A stretch of DNA of 61,747 bases from Longimicrobiales bacterium (GCA_035461265.1 DATHVO010000293.1:1-61747); one strand, 5' to 3'. Shown: positions 44,765 through 53,351, numbered from the stretch's first letter. Made by a program: numbers and translations. The notes: a model not told the origin generated them from the sequence alone.

Positions 44765-45621
44765 ATGAATACGGCTTCGAATGCCACGAGCAGCGGCCTG
44801 ACGCGCTGGCAGGTCACCGGCATGGACTGCGGCGCGTGCGCGGCCCGCATCGAGGGAGCGCTGCCGGTGTGGACGCCGTGCGGGACGTGCACGTCTCCCT
44901 CGCCACGGGCCTGCTCACCGCGCGGCTCGAGACGGCCGGCGCGGCGGCAGCAGTCGAGCAGACGGTGCAGGGCCTGGGGTACGGCATCGCCCCCGGTGAC
45001 GGCAACGCACCCGCGACCGTCGCCACCCACCTGACCCGCGGCTACCGCCGGGCGCTGTGGGCCGTGGTCCTCATGAATCTGGGATACGGGGTGGTGGAGG
45101 GGGCTGGTGGCTTCCTTGCCGACTCCCAGGCGCTGAAGGCGGACGCCCTCGATTTCCTTGGCGACGGGCTCATCACCATGCTCGGGCTGGTGGCGATCCG
45201 CTGGAAGACGACGGCGCGGGCGCGACTGGCGCTGCTGCAGGCACTGTTCCTCGCGCTTCTGGGCCTCGCCGTTCTCGTGAGCACGGGCTACCGCGTCTTC
45301 GTGCAGAACGAACCGCTGCCCGGCCTCATGGGCGCATTCGGCGCCGTGGCGCTGGTGGTCAACGTGGCCGCGGCAGTGGTTTTGATTCCCCACCGCGCCG
45401 GCGATGCCAGCGTTCGCGCGGTCTGGCTGTTCTCCCGCAACGACGCCATCGGCAATGCCGCCGTGGTCGGGGCTGCAGGCGTGGTCGCGTGGACGGGCAG
45501 CGCGTGGCCGGACCTGCTCGTCGCCGTCGCCATCGCCGGCCTCTTCCTGCATGCCGCTGCTTCCATTGTGCGGGACGCCCTCCGGGACCTGCGAGATGAG
45601 GCCGCAGCGCACGACAGTTGA
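44765..45621 (+). pseudogene. frameshifted heavy-metal-associated (HMA) domain / short cation-diffusion-facilitator fusion
   Basis: Frame A (ATG 44765) encodes MNTASNATSSGLTRWQVTGMDCGACAARIEGAL. The rest of the HMA fold (GVDAVRDVHVSLATG...GLGYGI) and the 6-TM CDF body (LADSQALKADALDFLGD...) lie in the -1 frame (ORF 44731..45621). The switch point is near 44861-44868. Confidence 0.6.
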
Positions 45622-45694
45622 CATGCCGCCGGCCGCGGCCAATACCTAGAAGCCCAACTCGCCGATTCGCGCAGCATGAACATGGAGGTGGATT

Positions 45695-46558
45695 CTGGGA
45701 CGCGTCCTGAGATGGACGGGCGTCGCCGCGGGCGTACTGGCCGGCCTGATCCTGCTGGGCGGGATCGGGCTGTACGGCGCATCCGAGCGGGTCGTCCGCC
45801 GTACATACGACGTACCTCTCGCCGACATCACGCTGCCGGACGATCCTGCGGAGCTCCTCGAAGGCCAGCGTCTCGCCCGCCTGCGGGGGTGCGTCGGCGG
45901 GTGCCATGGCCAGGGCTTGGAGGGCGGCCTGTTCTTCGACGAACCGAAGATCGCACGGATCGTCGCCCCGAACCTCACCGAGGTGGTCCGGGAGTACAGT
46001 GACGCGGAGCTGGAGCGCGTCATCCGGCGAGGCGTACGGCGGGATGGACGCAGCGTGTTCGCCATGCCCTCCCCCATGTTCGCGCACCTGACGGACGAGG
46101 ACCTCGGGCGCATCATCGCGTTCCTTCGGAGCGAGCCGGCGGTGGACGGCCCGGCACCGGTCTTCGCCCTCGGCCCGCTGGGGAGGGTCGGACTCGTGAT
46201 GCGGCAGTTCCCGCCGCTCGCCGAGGAGATCCCGTCGCAGGCTGCTGCGTCAGGGGACCTGTCGCCGGCGCTCCGTCGTGGCGAATACCTCGCCCTCACC
46301 ATCTGCACGGAATGCCACGGCCAGGACCTGCGCGGCAGCCCCGAGGGCAGTCCGCCCGACCTCGCCATTGCGGGTGCGTATTCCGGGGACGAGTTCCGGC
46401 TGCTCATGAGCACCGGCATCGGCCTGGGCGGCCGGGCCCTGGGCCTGATGACCGCAGTGGCGCAGAGCCGCTTCAGCTACCTGCACGACGACGAAGTGCA
46501 GGATCTGCACGCGTACCTGAGGACGCTCGGAGCAGCGCGGCAGGCCGCCGGCGAATAA
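45695..46558 (+). CDS. membrane-anchored dihaem cytochrome c (start codon unresolved)
   Basis: CVGGCH (45890-45907) and CTECH (46304-46318). The frame is open from 45680 and encodes the TM anchor RWILGRVLRWTGVAAGVLAGLILLGG. The first canonical in-frame start is TTG 45917, downstream of the first haem motif. CTG 45695 is given as a provisional start. Confidence 0.6.
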   Translation: MGRVLRWTGVAAGVLAGLILLGGIGLYGASERVVRRTYDVPLADITLPDDPAELLEGQRLARLRGCVGGCHGQGLEGGLFFDEPKIARIVAPNLTEVVREYSDAELERVIRRGVRRDGRSVFAMPSPMFAHLTDEDLGRIIAFLRSEPAVDGPAPVFALGPLGRVGLVMRQFPPLAEEIPSQAAASGDLSPALRRGEYLALTICTECHGQDLRGSPEGSPPDLAIAGAYSGDEFRLLMSTGIGLGGRALGLMTAVAQSRFSYLHDDEVQDLHAYLRTLGAARQAAGE

Positions 46559-46585
46559 CGCACAGCGAGGGAGGAGGGGCGGTCC

Positions 46586-47158
46586 ATGAACGGATCGGTG
46601 ACGGTCGCGGACGCGCAGCGCGAAGTGCGGACGGTGTACGCGCACGGTGCCGTCGGGCAGGCGGTATCCGGCGCCATCTGGCTCGCATCCGCCGCCGCGG
46701 CGAGTGCAGGTGCCGTACGCCCGGCCATCATCATCCTGGTGATCGGGGGCATGTTCATCTTTCCGCTGACCCAGGCCATCTTCCGTCTCGGCGGCCGGTC
46801 TGCCACGCTCAGCGACGACAATCCGCTGACCGGGCTGGCCATGCAGGTGGCGTTCATCGTGCCGCTGACGCTCCCGGTCGCGGGCGCGGCGGCCCTGTAC
46901 GACCTCAACTGGTTCTACCCGGCCGTCATGATCATCGTGGGCGCGCACTACCTTCCGTTCATCTTCCTCTACGGCATGCGGGCGTTCGGCGTCCTGGCCG
47001 CAGGACTGATGGCCGGGGGCTTCCTCGTCGGGCTCCGCCTGCGTGACTCCTTCGCGGCCGGCGCGTGGCTCACGGCGGTCATGCTGCTCGCCTTCGCGGG
47101 GTGGGCGGCCCTGGCCTACCGGCGGACCGGCGCGCCGGCCATCCGGAGCCCGGCCTGA
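46586..47158 (+). CDS. hypothetical integral membrane protein
   Basis: 190 aa with about 5-6 hydrophobic spans. No family confidently recognised. Confidence 0.6.
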   Translation: MNGSVTVADAQREVRTVYAHGAVGQAVSGAIWLASAAAASAGAVRPAIIILVIGGMFIFPLTQAIFRLGGRSATLSDDNPLTGLAMQVAFIVPLTLPVAGAAALYDLNWFYPAVMIIVGAHYLPFIFLYGMRAFGVLAAGLMAGGFLVGLRLRDSFAAGAWLTAVMLLAFAGWAALAYRRTGAPAIRSPA

Positions 47159-47162
47159 CGGC

Positions 47163-48068
47163 GTGAAGCGGAAGCGGAGCCCGGATGCGCCGCCCCCCGC
47201 GGTGACCGCCGACACACCGGTCGAGACGGCACCGCTCTTCGAACCGCTGGCCCGTGAGCTGGTGGCTCTGCTCAGGCGGCTCCAGCCGCGGGACTGGCTG
47301 CTGCCGACGTCCGCCGGGGCCTGGACCGTACGGGATGTGGCGGCTCACCTGCTGGACGGTGACCTCCGCCGGATTTCCGCGGAACGGGACGGCCACGCGG
47401 CCCCGCCGCCGGCGGGCGGCATCCCGGACGGCGTCGCCCTCCTCGCGTTCCTCGACGACCTCAACGCGGACTGGGTCACCGTGTCGCGCCGTCTCAGCAC
47501 CGCCGTCATCGCCGACCTGCTGGAATGGAGCGGGCCCATCGTCGCCCATCTGATGGTCGAGTCCGACCCGCTCGGGCCTGCGCTCTTCCCGGTGGCATGG
47601 GCGCGCCGGCCGGATTCGCCGCGCTGGCTCGACACCGGCCGGGAGTACACGGAGCGCTGGCACCACCAGGACCAGATCCGGGAGGCCGTGGGTGCGCCGC
47701 CTCTCGACGACCCAGCATGGCTCCGGCCCGCCATCGACGTGTCCCTCGCCGCCGTCCCGCCCGTATACGCGCACCTCGCCGCGCCCGCCGGCACGACCGT
47801 CGTCCTGGAAGCCGGGGGGGCCGCCGGCGCAGTCTGGTCCATCGTGAGCGAAGGAGGCGGCTGGCGCGTCACGATCGGCGACACTCCCACCGCCGACTGC
47901 CGCATACGCACCTCCGCACTCCTGCTGGTCAGGCTCCTCCTCCACCGGCTGCCTGCAGACGCAATCTTCGCCGGCTTCGAGGTGACCGGCGACGCCGCCC
48001 TCGGCGAGCCGCTGCTCAATGCCCGCGCCGTCATGGTCCCGACACCCGCACGGCCCGCCACCACCTGA
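47163..48068 (+). CDS. maleylpyruvate isomerase N-terminal (DinB-like) domain protein with SCP2-like C-terminus
   Basis: WTVRDVAAHLLDGD...YTERWHHQDQI is a DinB/MDMPI-type His-rich four-helix motif. Start is GTG 47163 within ORF 47043..48068. Confidence 0.65.
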   Translation: MKRKRSPDAPPPAVTADTPVETAPLFEPLARELVALLRRLQPRDWLLPTSAGAWTVRDVAAHLLDGDLRRISAERDGHAAPPPAGGIPDGVALLAFLDDLNADWVTVSRRLSTAVIADLLEWSGPIVAHLMVESDPLGPALFPVAWARRPDSPRWLDTGREYTERWHHQDQIREAVGAPPLDDPAWLRPAIDVSLAAVPPVYAHLAAPAGTTVVLEAGGAAGAVWSIVSEGGGWRVTIGDTPTADCRIRTSALLLVRLLLHRLPADAIFAGFEVTGDAALGEPLLNARAVMVPTPARPATT

Positions 48069-48235
48069 CGGCGCGCGCCGCCGTGCTGCACTGCCGGCAG
48101 GGCGCGCACACGGGCGCTGGCATTTCGGCGCCGGCTCAGCCAGGATAACCTGAGCCCGGCGCACGGCCCGAAGTCCTCGCTGGCGACGGCCGGCGCGCCT
48201 TCCAGGTTCATGCGGACTGAGAACGAGGGTGCGGC

Positions 48236-48538
48236 ATGCCAGCATACATCATCGTGCAGGTGGACGTGCGGGACCCCGTCGCGTACGAGAGGTACAAGGC
48301 CCTCGCCGAGAGCTCCGTGAGTGCCCACGGCGGGAAGTACATCGTCCGGGGCGGCGCCACCGAGACACTGGAAGGCAGCTGGAAGCCTCCCCGCCTGGTC
48401 GTCCTCGAGTTTCCTTCCGCCGTCGCCGCCCGCGCGTGGTGGGCATCGCCGGAGTACGCCGAAGGCAAGGCGCTGCGGCAGGCGGTCGCCGGCAGCCAGA
48501 TGCTCCTGGCGGAGGGCGTCGCCGGAGATCCGCGTTGA
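48236..48538 (+). CDS. DUF1330 domain protein
   Basis: 100 aa: MPAYIIVQVDVRDPVAYERYK...GGKYIVRGG...LVVLEFPS is the typical DUF1330 pattern. Confidence 0.8.
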   Translation: MPAYIIVQVDVRDPVAYERYKALAESSVSAHGGKYIVRGGATETLEGSWKPPRLVVLEFPSAVAARAWWASPEYAEGKALRQAVAGSQMLLAEGVAGDPR

Positions 48539-49482
48539 CCGACTGGTTCGTCCGGCGTGACTTCACCGAGGCGTCCGAGTTCCTCGACGCGCTTTCCCCC
48601 CACCGCATGTGGGGTCACCGGCCCGACTGGTGGCTCTTCCGCGGCCAGGGCGACGCGGACTGGGAGCTCAAGCCCAGTGCGTTCCGCAAGCTGCCCACGT
48701 TCGACTACGGGCGGGGGCCGTATGCGCCGAAGCCCACGCACCGGGAGCAGATCGTCCAGGAAGCTCTGCTCATGCGCCTCTTCGTGAGCGGAATCAACGA
48801 GCAGGGCGGGGAGCTGCCGTCCGAGGCGGCGTTCGGGCTCACGAACTGGCGGGAGATCGACCACATCGTCGAGGCCGCGGCGCCCGAGGAGGGGCCCCTG
48901 CCCGCGACCGTCTGGCCGCCCCCGCAGCTGCAGCAGCTCTTCGCTCTCGCCCAGCATCACGGGCTGCCCACCCGCCTCCTCGACTGGACCGAGCGCGGCA
49001 AGGTCGCCGCGTACTTCGCCGCGGAGGCCGCACAGCGAATGCGTGATGCAGGAGCCCACCCCGCCCAGATTGCCGTCTGGGCCTACGCATACGTCCACGA
49101 CGATGCCGGCGACTTCTGGGATGGGTCCGACTGGCGGCCCGAGATCGTCCGCGTGCCCCGCGCCCGCAACCCGAATCTCCACGCGCAGGGAGGCGTGTTC
49201 ACCGTGGTGGTGAACCCCCGCCTCCGGCCCGGAGACGCATCGCGGATTCCCTCCCTCGACCGCCTCGTCGCGCACCGCGCAGCCGTCGTCGACGCAGCGC
49301 CGCAGCACGGACCCCTACTCTACCAGCTCCGGCTCGAGTCCGATCGCGCCGGTGAGCTGCTCCGGCTGCTCCGCTACGAGCACATCTCCTCCACATACCT
49401 CTTCCCCGGCTACGACGGCGTCATCCGCGGCATCACCGAGCGCCGCCTCTGGGACCGCGTTACCTTTCCCTGGGATTTCTGA
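48535..49482 (+). CDS. FRG-domain protein
   Basis: Hallmark WWLFRGQGDADWELKPSAFR about 35 residues from TTG 48535, and LAQHHGLPTRLLDWT. The TTG overlaps the DUF1330 stop (TTGA). Confidence 0.75.
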   Translation: MTDWFVRRDFTEASEFLDALSPHRMWGHRPDWWLFRGQGDADWELKPSAFRKLPTFDYGRGPYAPKPTHREQIVQEALLMRLFVSGINEQGGELPSEAAFGLTNWREIDHIVEAAAPEEGPLPATVWPPPQLQQLFALAQHHGLPTRLLDWTERGKVAAYFAAEAAQRMRDAGAHPAQIAVWAYAYVHDDAGDFWDGSDWRPEIVRVPRARNPNLHAQGGVFTVVVNPRLRPGDASRIPSLDRLVAHRAAVVDAAPQHGPLLYQLRLESDRAGELLRLLRYEHISSTYLFPGYDGVIRGITERRLWDRVTFPWDF

Positions 49483-49634
49483 GCGGGTCATTCCGCCGCG
49501 AGATGCGGGACGCGGCGCGGTACGCGGCCATGGCAGGTTGCCCTCCGGCCGACTTCGTCGTATGGATCATGACCGGCGCGGTGCCACTTCCTGTGGACGG
49601 GCGCCGGCCCACGAGTCATCCACCACGAGGTTCG

Positions 49635-50276
49635 ATGCGGCAGAATTCACGCGCAGCCGCCGTCCTTGCCGCCGTGCTCTGTGCTGGCTGCATGGCGAGT
49701 GCGCCGCCGGACAGTGCTGCGGGGCCTGCGGGAGGGGCATTGGCGGAATCGTCGCCGCAGGACGGGTTCTGGTCGGGCCTCCGTTCGCACTGTGGCCGGG
49801 CATACGGCGGACGGCTCGTGCTGGAGCCGCCCGGCGACGAGATGCTGACGGGGACGGAGCAGCTCATCGTCCATTTCCGCGACTGCGGTGCGGACACGCT
49901 GCGCCTGCCGTTCCACATCGAGAAGGAGGCGACGGGGACGTGGGACCGCTCGCGCACATGGATGTTCATGCGGACGACGGACGGACTGGAGCTGCGCCAC
50001 GACCATCGCCGGGAGGATGGCTCGCCGGACGATGTGACCATGTACGGCGGCCACACGCGGGACGGGGGAACGTCGGGCCGGCAGGAGTTCATCCTGGCTG
50101 AGCGCCGGGCCGCGGACGGTTCCCTCCTGGGCTGGCGGGTCGAAGTGGAGCCCGGCGTCCGGTACACGTACGGCACGATTCGTGGCGGTGAGTGGACGTG
50201 GCGGGTCGATTTCGATCTGCGCACGCCGGTGCCGGCGCCACCGGCGCCGTGGGGTCACGGCGAGGACGGGCCGTGA
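49635..50276 (+). CDS. hypothetical lipoprotein
   Basis: Internal ATG gives MRQNSRAAAVLAAVLCAGC (lipobox). The conserved-looking core is DRSRTWMF...LELRHDHRREDGSPDDVTMYGGH. No named family. Confidence 0.6.
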   Translation: MRQNSRAAAVLAAVLCAGCMASAPPDSAAGPAGGALAESSPQDGFWSGLRSHCGRAYGGRLVLEPPGDEMLTGTEQLIVHFRDCGADTLRLPFHIEKEATGTWDRSRTWMFMRTTDGLELRHDHRREDGSPDDVTMYGGHTRDGGTSGRQEFILAERRAADGSLLGWRVEVEPGVRYTYGTIRGGEWTWRVDFDLRTPVPAPPAPWGHGEDGP

Positions 50277-50728
50277 TGAGCCAGCGGCTGGATGAGGATG
50301 ACGTTCTCGGCCTCGACATCGTACTCGACCTGGAGCCGGCGGCGTCGGACGTTCGCAGCGTGGCGGAAGGTCTGCTGGAGGCGGCGGAGAACTACCTGGC
50401 GACGGGTCGGGCCCGGCGGCCGTTCAGCGTGTTCGTGCGATCGCCGGATGGCGCGCTGGTGGGCGGCGTGAATGCGCGCCTGGCGTACGGCGACCTCCAC
50501 ATCGACCAGCTCTGGTGTGCCCGGGTGATCCGGGGGAACGGATTCGCCACGCGGCTGCTCGAGCGCGCCGAGGTGTTCGGCCGGGAGAACGGCGCGTCGG
50601 CCGCTCTGCTGAACACATTCGACCCGGAGCTCGTCCGCTTCTATGAACGCCGGGGGTACCGCACCATCGGTGAGGTGGCGGGCCTGGCGGCCGGTCAGCC
50701 GGTCTATTTCCTGAGGAAGCAGCTTTGA
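50276..50728 (+). CDS. GNAT-family N-acetyltransferase
   Basis: Acetyl-CoA motif A RGNGFATRLLERAE and C-terminal FYERRGYRTIG. The ATG overlaps the upstream stop (TGATG). Confidence 0.75.
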   Translation: MSQRLDEDDVLGLDIVLDLEPAASDVRSVAEGLLEAAENYLATGRARRPFSVFVRSPDGALVGGVNARLAYGDLHIDQLWCARVIRGNGFATRLLERAEVFGRENGASAALLNTFDPELVRFYERRGYRTIGEVAGLAAGQPVYFLRKQL

Positions 50729-51177
50729 TCCGTTTGCGCGCATACCGGCTCCGGCTCGGCGCGTGCTTCACCGTGGCGGCCGTCCTCGTCGCGGCGTGCG
50801 GCGAGAGGCCACCGGGCGACGACTGGGATGGCGCGGTGGCCCGCGCGGTGGCGCGGCACGTGGAGGCGGAGCACCCTGATCGCACGCTCCATGTGCTGGG
50901 CACGGTGGGCGGCGCGGACGGCGCCGCCCTGCCATGGTCGGTCCGGCAGGCGCTGGTCACGGCGGGAATCGAGGTCGCCGAGCCGGCGGCGCTGGCAGAC
51001 ACGGTGGACCTGCTCCTCATCCTGGACCGGTCGGTCCGCACGGGCGTGGAATGGCAGGTGGACGGCAGGCTGCAGGCGGCCGGGGATGGCGCCGGAGCGG
51101 AGGTGCGCTGGCGTGTGGTGTGTGAGCGCGATTCGTGTGCGGTGACCGGCACATCGCCTTCCGCGGGCGACTCGTGA
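50725..51177 (+). CDS. hypothetical lipoprotein
   Basis: TTG start overlaps the GNAT stop (TTGA). Lipobox AAVLVAAC. Confidence 0.5.
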   Translation: MIRLRAYRLRLGACFTVAAVLVAACGERPPGDDWDGAVARAVARHVEAEHPDRTLHVLGTVGGADGAALPWSVRQALVTAGIEVAEPAALADTVDLLLILDRSVRTGVEWQVDGRLQAAGDGAGAEVRWRVVCERDSCAVTGTSPSAGDS

Positions 51178-51461
51178 CGGAGAGCCGGGAGCTGGACCAG
51201 GCCGCATTCGACGGCTTCTCCCTCGCCGTCCGCGTGATGCTCGATGCGTTCGAGATCGACGAGCCGGGGACCGAGTTCGAGCGGCCGTGGCGCCTGCTGC
51301 AGGAGATCGCTTCCGGGACGACGACGCTGACCGCCGCCGGCGAACTGGCGGCGCGATTCCCCCACATGAAGGATTTCCTCTACGACCGGGTGAACCGCAT
51401 CGTGGAGAACGACAGGGACACGGCGCAGGCGGTGCTGCGCGGTCTCGGCGCGTCCTACTAG
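51174..51461 (+). CDS. hypothetical protein (95 aa)
   Basis: GTG 51174 overlaps the upstream stop (GTGA). Lies within ORF 51135..51461. Confidence 0.45.
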   Translation: MTESRELDQAAFDGFSLAVRVMLDAFEIDEPGTEFERPWRLLQEIASGTTTLTAAGELAARFPHMKDFLYDRVNRIVENDRDTAQAVLRGLGASY

Positions 51462-51473
51462 CGGCTCCCTACC

Positions 51474-51845
51474 ATGCCCGAACTGGCACCTCAGACCTGG
51501 GCCCTGCTGCTCATCGGCGCGGCGGCCATCTCTCTGGTCCTCACGCTGCGGCGCATCGGGGACGGCGGAATCCCTCCGCTCCTCGCCGTGGGCGCCATCA
51601 CCTTCCGCATCGGGCTCCTCGCCGTCGGCGCGCTCTATGCTACTGGCGCGGCACGCAGCCGGTGGGCGCTCCTCTCGGCACTGGGCGTGGTCGCTGCCGG
51701 CGCCGCCCTGAACCTCGCCGGTGCGGCTGCCGGCGCCGTGGAGGCCCACCGCCATCGCCGCCGCCGCGCATCCCGGAGCGACGAACCGCCGGCAGGCCCG
51801 GGACCGTCAGCCGACGACACCCGCACGGAGGAGACACGGGTATGA
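51474..51845 (+). CDS. hypothetical membrane protein (3 TM)
   Basis: 123 aa with three hydrophobic spans and a charged C-terminal tail. Confidence 0.5.
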   Translation: MPELAPQTWALLLIGAAAISLVLTLRRIGDGGIPPLLAVGAITFRIGLLAVGALYATGAARSRWALLSALGVVAAGAALNLAGAAAGAVEAHRHRRRRASRSDEPPAGPGPSADDTRTEETRV

Positions 51846-52135
51846 GCACGCGGACACGTCTCTCGGACGCGGAGATCGCCACGGCCCTCGAAGCCCTGCC
51901 GCAATGGCGGCTCGATGACGGCCGCCTCCTCCGGGAATTCGAATTCGACGACTTCGTCCACGCCTTCCGCTTCATGGTCGCCGTGGCGCTCGTGGCGGAG
52001 CGCATGAACCACCATCCGGACTGGACGAACGTGTACAAGACCGTATGGATCCGGCTCACCACGCACGACCTCGGTGGCCTGTCCACCTGGGACGTGGAGC
52101 TGGCGACCCGGATCGACGGGCTCTACGTGGGCTGA
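51842..52135 (+). CDS. pterin-4-alpha-carbinolamine dehydratase (PCD/DCoH family)
   Basis: [25 protein letters not shown] signature. The ATG overlaps the upstream stop (ATGA). Confidence 0.85.
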   Translation: MSTRTRLSDAEIATALEALPQWRLDDGRLLREFEFDDFVHAFRFMVAVALVAERMNHHPDWTNVYKTVWIRLTTHDLGGLSTWDVELATRIDGLYVG

Positions 52136-52289
52136 CGGCGCGCCGCGTGGCGCCGGCGCGGCGGCACGTGGAATGCGGCATCGGCGGGATCGGCCCGGCA
52201 CGCGGTGTTCTGGAACGCGGCGTGCGGGGAGAGGCAGGACGGCGCCGCACCGACGTGGCGCGGTTCGTACATCAACGGGGGCTGGAGAC

Positions 52290-52667
52290 ATGGCGCGCAC
52301 GACCGGGACGGTAAAGTGGTTCTCGCAGGAGAAGGGTTTCGGCTTCATCGAGCAGGAGGGTGGGCCGGACGTATTCGTTCATCACTCGGTGATCCAGGGC
52401 GGCGGGTTCAGGACGCTGAACGAGGGTGAGCGGGTCGAGTTCGACGTAATCGAGGAGCCGAAGGGCCTCAAGGCGCAGAACGTGGTGCGCCTCGACGCGC
52501 CGGAGGGCGGTGAGTCCGCAGGCGGCGGTGGCGGCTACGGCGGTGGTGGCGGCGGTGGCGGTCGCGGCGGGTACGGTGGTGGGGGCGGCGGCCGCGGCGG
52601 GTACGGCGGCGGCGGTGGAGGGGGCGGTCGTGGCGGCTCCCCGGGTCGTGGGCGGAGCGACTACTAG
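52290..52667 (+). CDS. cold-shock domain protein with a C-terminal Gly/Arg/Tyr-rich tail
   Basis: [15 protein letters not shown] (RNP1) and DVFVHHS (RNP2) are followed by a tail of about 45 residues ([39 protein letters not shown]). Confidence 0.9.
   Translation: MARTTGTVKWFSQEKGFGFIEQEGGPDVFVHHSVIQGGGFRTLNEGERVEFDVIEEPKGLKAQNVVRLDAPEGGESAGGGGGYGGGGGGGGRGGYGGGGGGRGGYGGGGGGGGRGGSPGRGRSDY
52521..52655 (+). repeat. GGY/GGC-rich coding tandem repeat (the Gly-rich tail of the Csp gene)
   Basis: Imperfect repeats of GGCGG(T/C)GG...CG(C/T)GGCGGGTACGG encoding G(n)RGGY units. Confidence 0.8.
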
Positions 52668-52682
52668 TCGGCGGGGCCGGCC

Positions 52683-52719
52683 CGGGTCCGGCGCCGCCGG
52701 CGTGTCCGGGCCGGACCCG
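52683..52719 (+). terminator. hairpin downstream of the csp gene
   Basis: CGGGTCCGGC (52683-52692) and GCCGGACCCG (52710-52719) form a 10-bp stem with a 17-nt loop. No clear U-tract. Confidence 0.3.
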
Positions 52720-52730
52720 CAGGGGCCTGC

Positions 52731-53255
52731 TTGCGGATAACGGGTGGGCGCTGGGCCGGCCGCGCCCTGTTCTCGCCTGCGGGCCGGGTCCGGCCCACGG
52801 CGGAGGCACTGCGGGACACGATCATGGAACTGATCGCGGAGGATCTGGCCGGCGCCCGGTTGGTGGACCTCTTCGCCGGCAGCGGCGCCCTCGGCCTGGA
52901 GGCGCTGTCCCGCGGCGCCGCGTCGTGCGACTTCGTGGAGAACGGCGCGCCGGCGCTCCACGCGCTGAAGGCGAACGTCGCCGCGCTCCGGGCGCGTGAC
53001 CGGAGCCGGATCTTCGACAGGGATGCCATCCCGTTCATCGAACGGCTGGATGCCGGCTCCTACGACATCGCCCTGGCCGACCCGCCCTACGGATCCCGGA
53101 AGCTGGACCGCGTGGTGCGGCGGTGGCAGGCCTCCCCGTTCAGCCGTATCCTCGTCCTCGAGCACGCCCGCGACCACGCCGGCGTGCCGGCGGGCGAGCG
53201 CCGGGAAACGGGCGATTCGGTCGCGACGGTCCTGCGCGTCCCGACGGATGGCTGA
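52731..53255 (+). CDS. rsmD: 16S rRNA (guanine966-N2)-methyltransferase
   Basis: N-terminus (M)RITGGRWAGRAL..P...RPT, SAM motif DLFAGSGALGLEALSRGA, and DPPY. It requires the TTG start at 52731. Confidence 0.8.
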   Translation: MRITGGRWAGRALFSPAGRVRPTAEALRDTIMELIAEDLAGARLVDLFAGSGALGLEALSRGAASCDFVENGAPALHALKANVAALRARDRSRIFDRDAIPFIERLDAGSYDIALADPPYGSRKLDRVVRRWQASPFSRILVLEHARDHAGVPAGERRETGDSVATVLRVPTDG

Positions 53256-53351
53256 AGGACGCGCAGGCGGGTCACGGTCCGCCGGCGGGCACGAAATGCG
53301 GCCTCACGGCGTACGATGAACCGTACACTGGCAGATGGTGGTGACGGATAG

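Noticed and set aside
48229-48534. A 102-codon N-terminal extension of the FRG reading frame fully overlapping the DUF1330 gene, which could be an overprinted gene or a fusion.
   Set aside because: The extension translates to Arg/Gly/Pro-rich junk (MRHASIHHRAGGRAGPRRV...), whereas the DUF1330 frame gives a textbook family sequence. The open frame is a GC artefact. The FRG start is placed at TTG 48535.
52507-52655. GGC/GGT-rich tandem repeat, considered as a microsatellite or CRISPR-like array.
   Set aside because: It is in frame with, and continuous with, the cold-shock domain ORF. The units are short, imperfect and unspaced. It is a coding Gly-rich tail, not an array.
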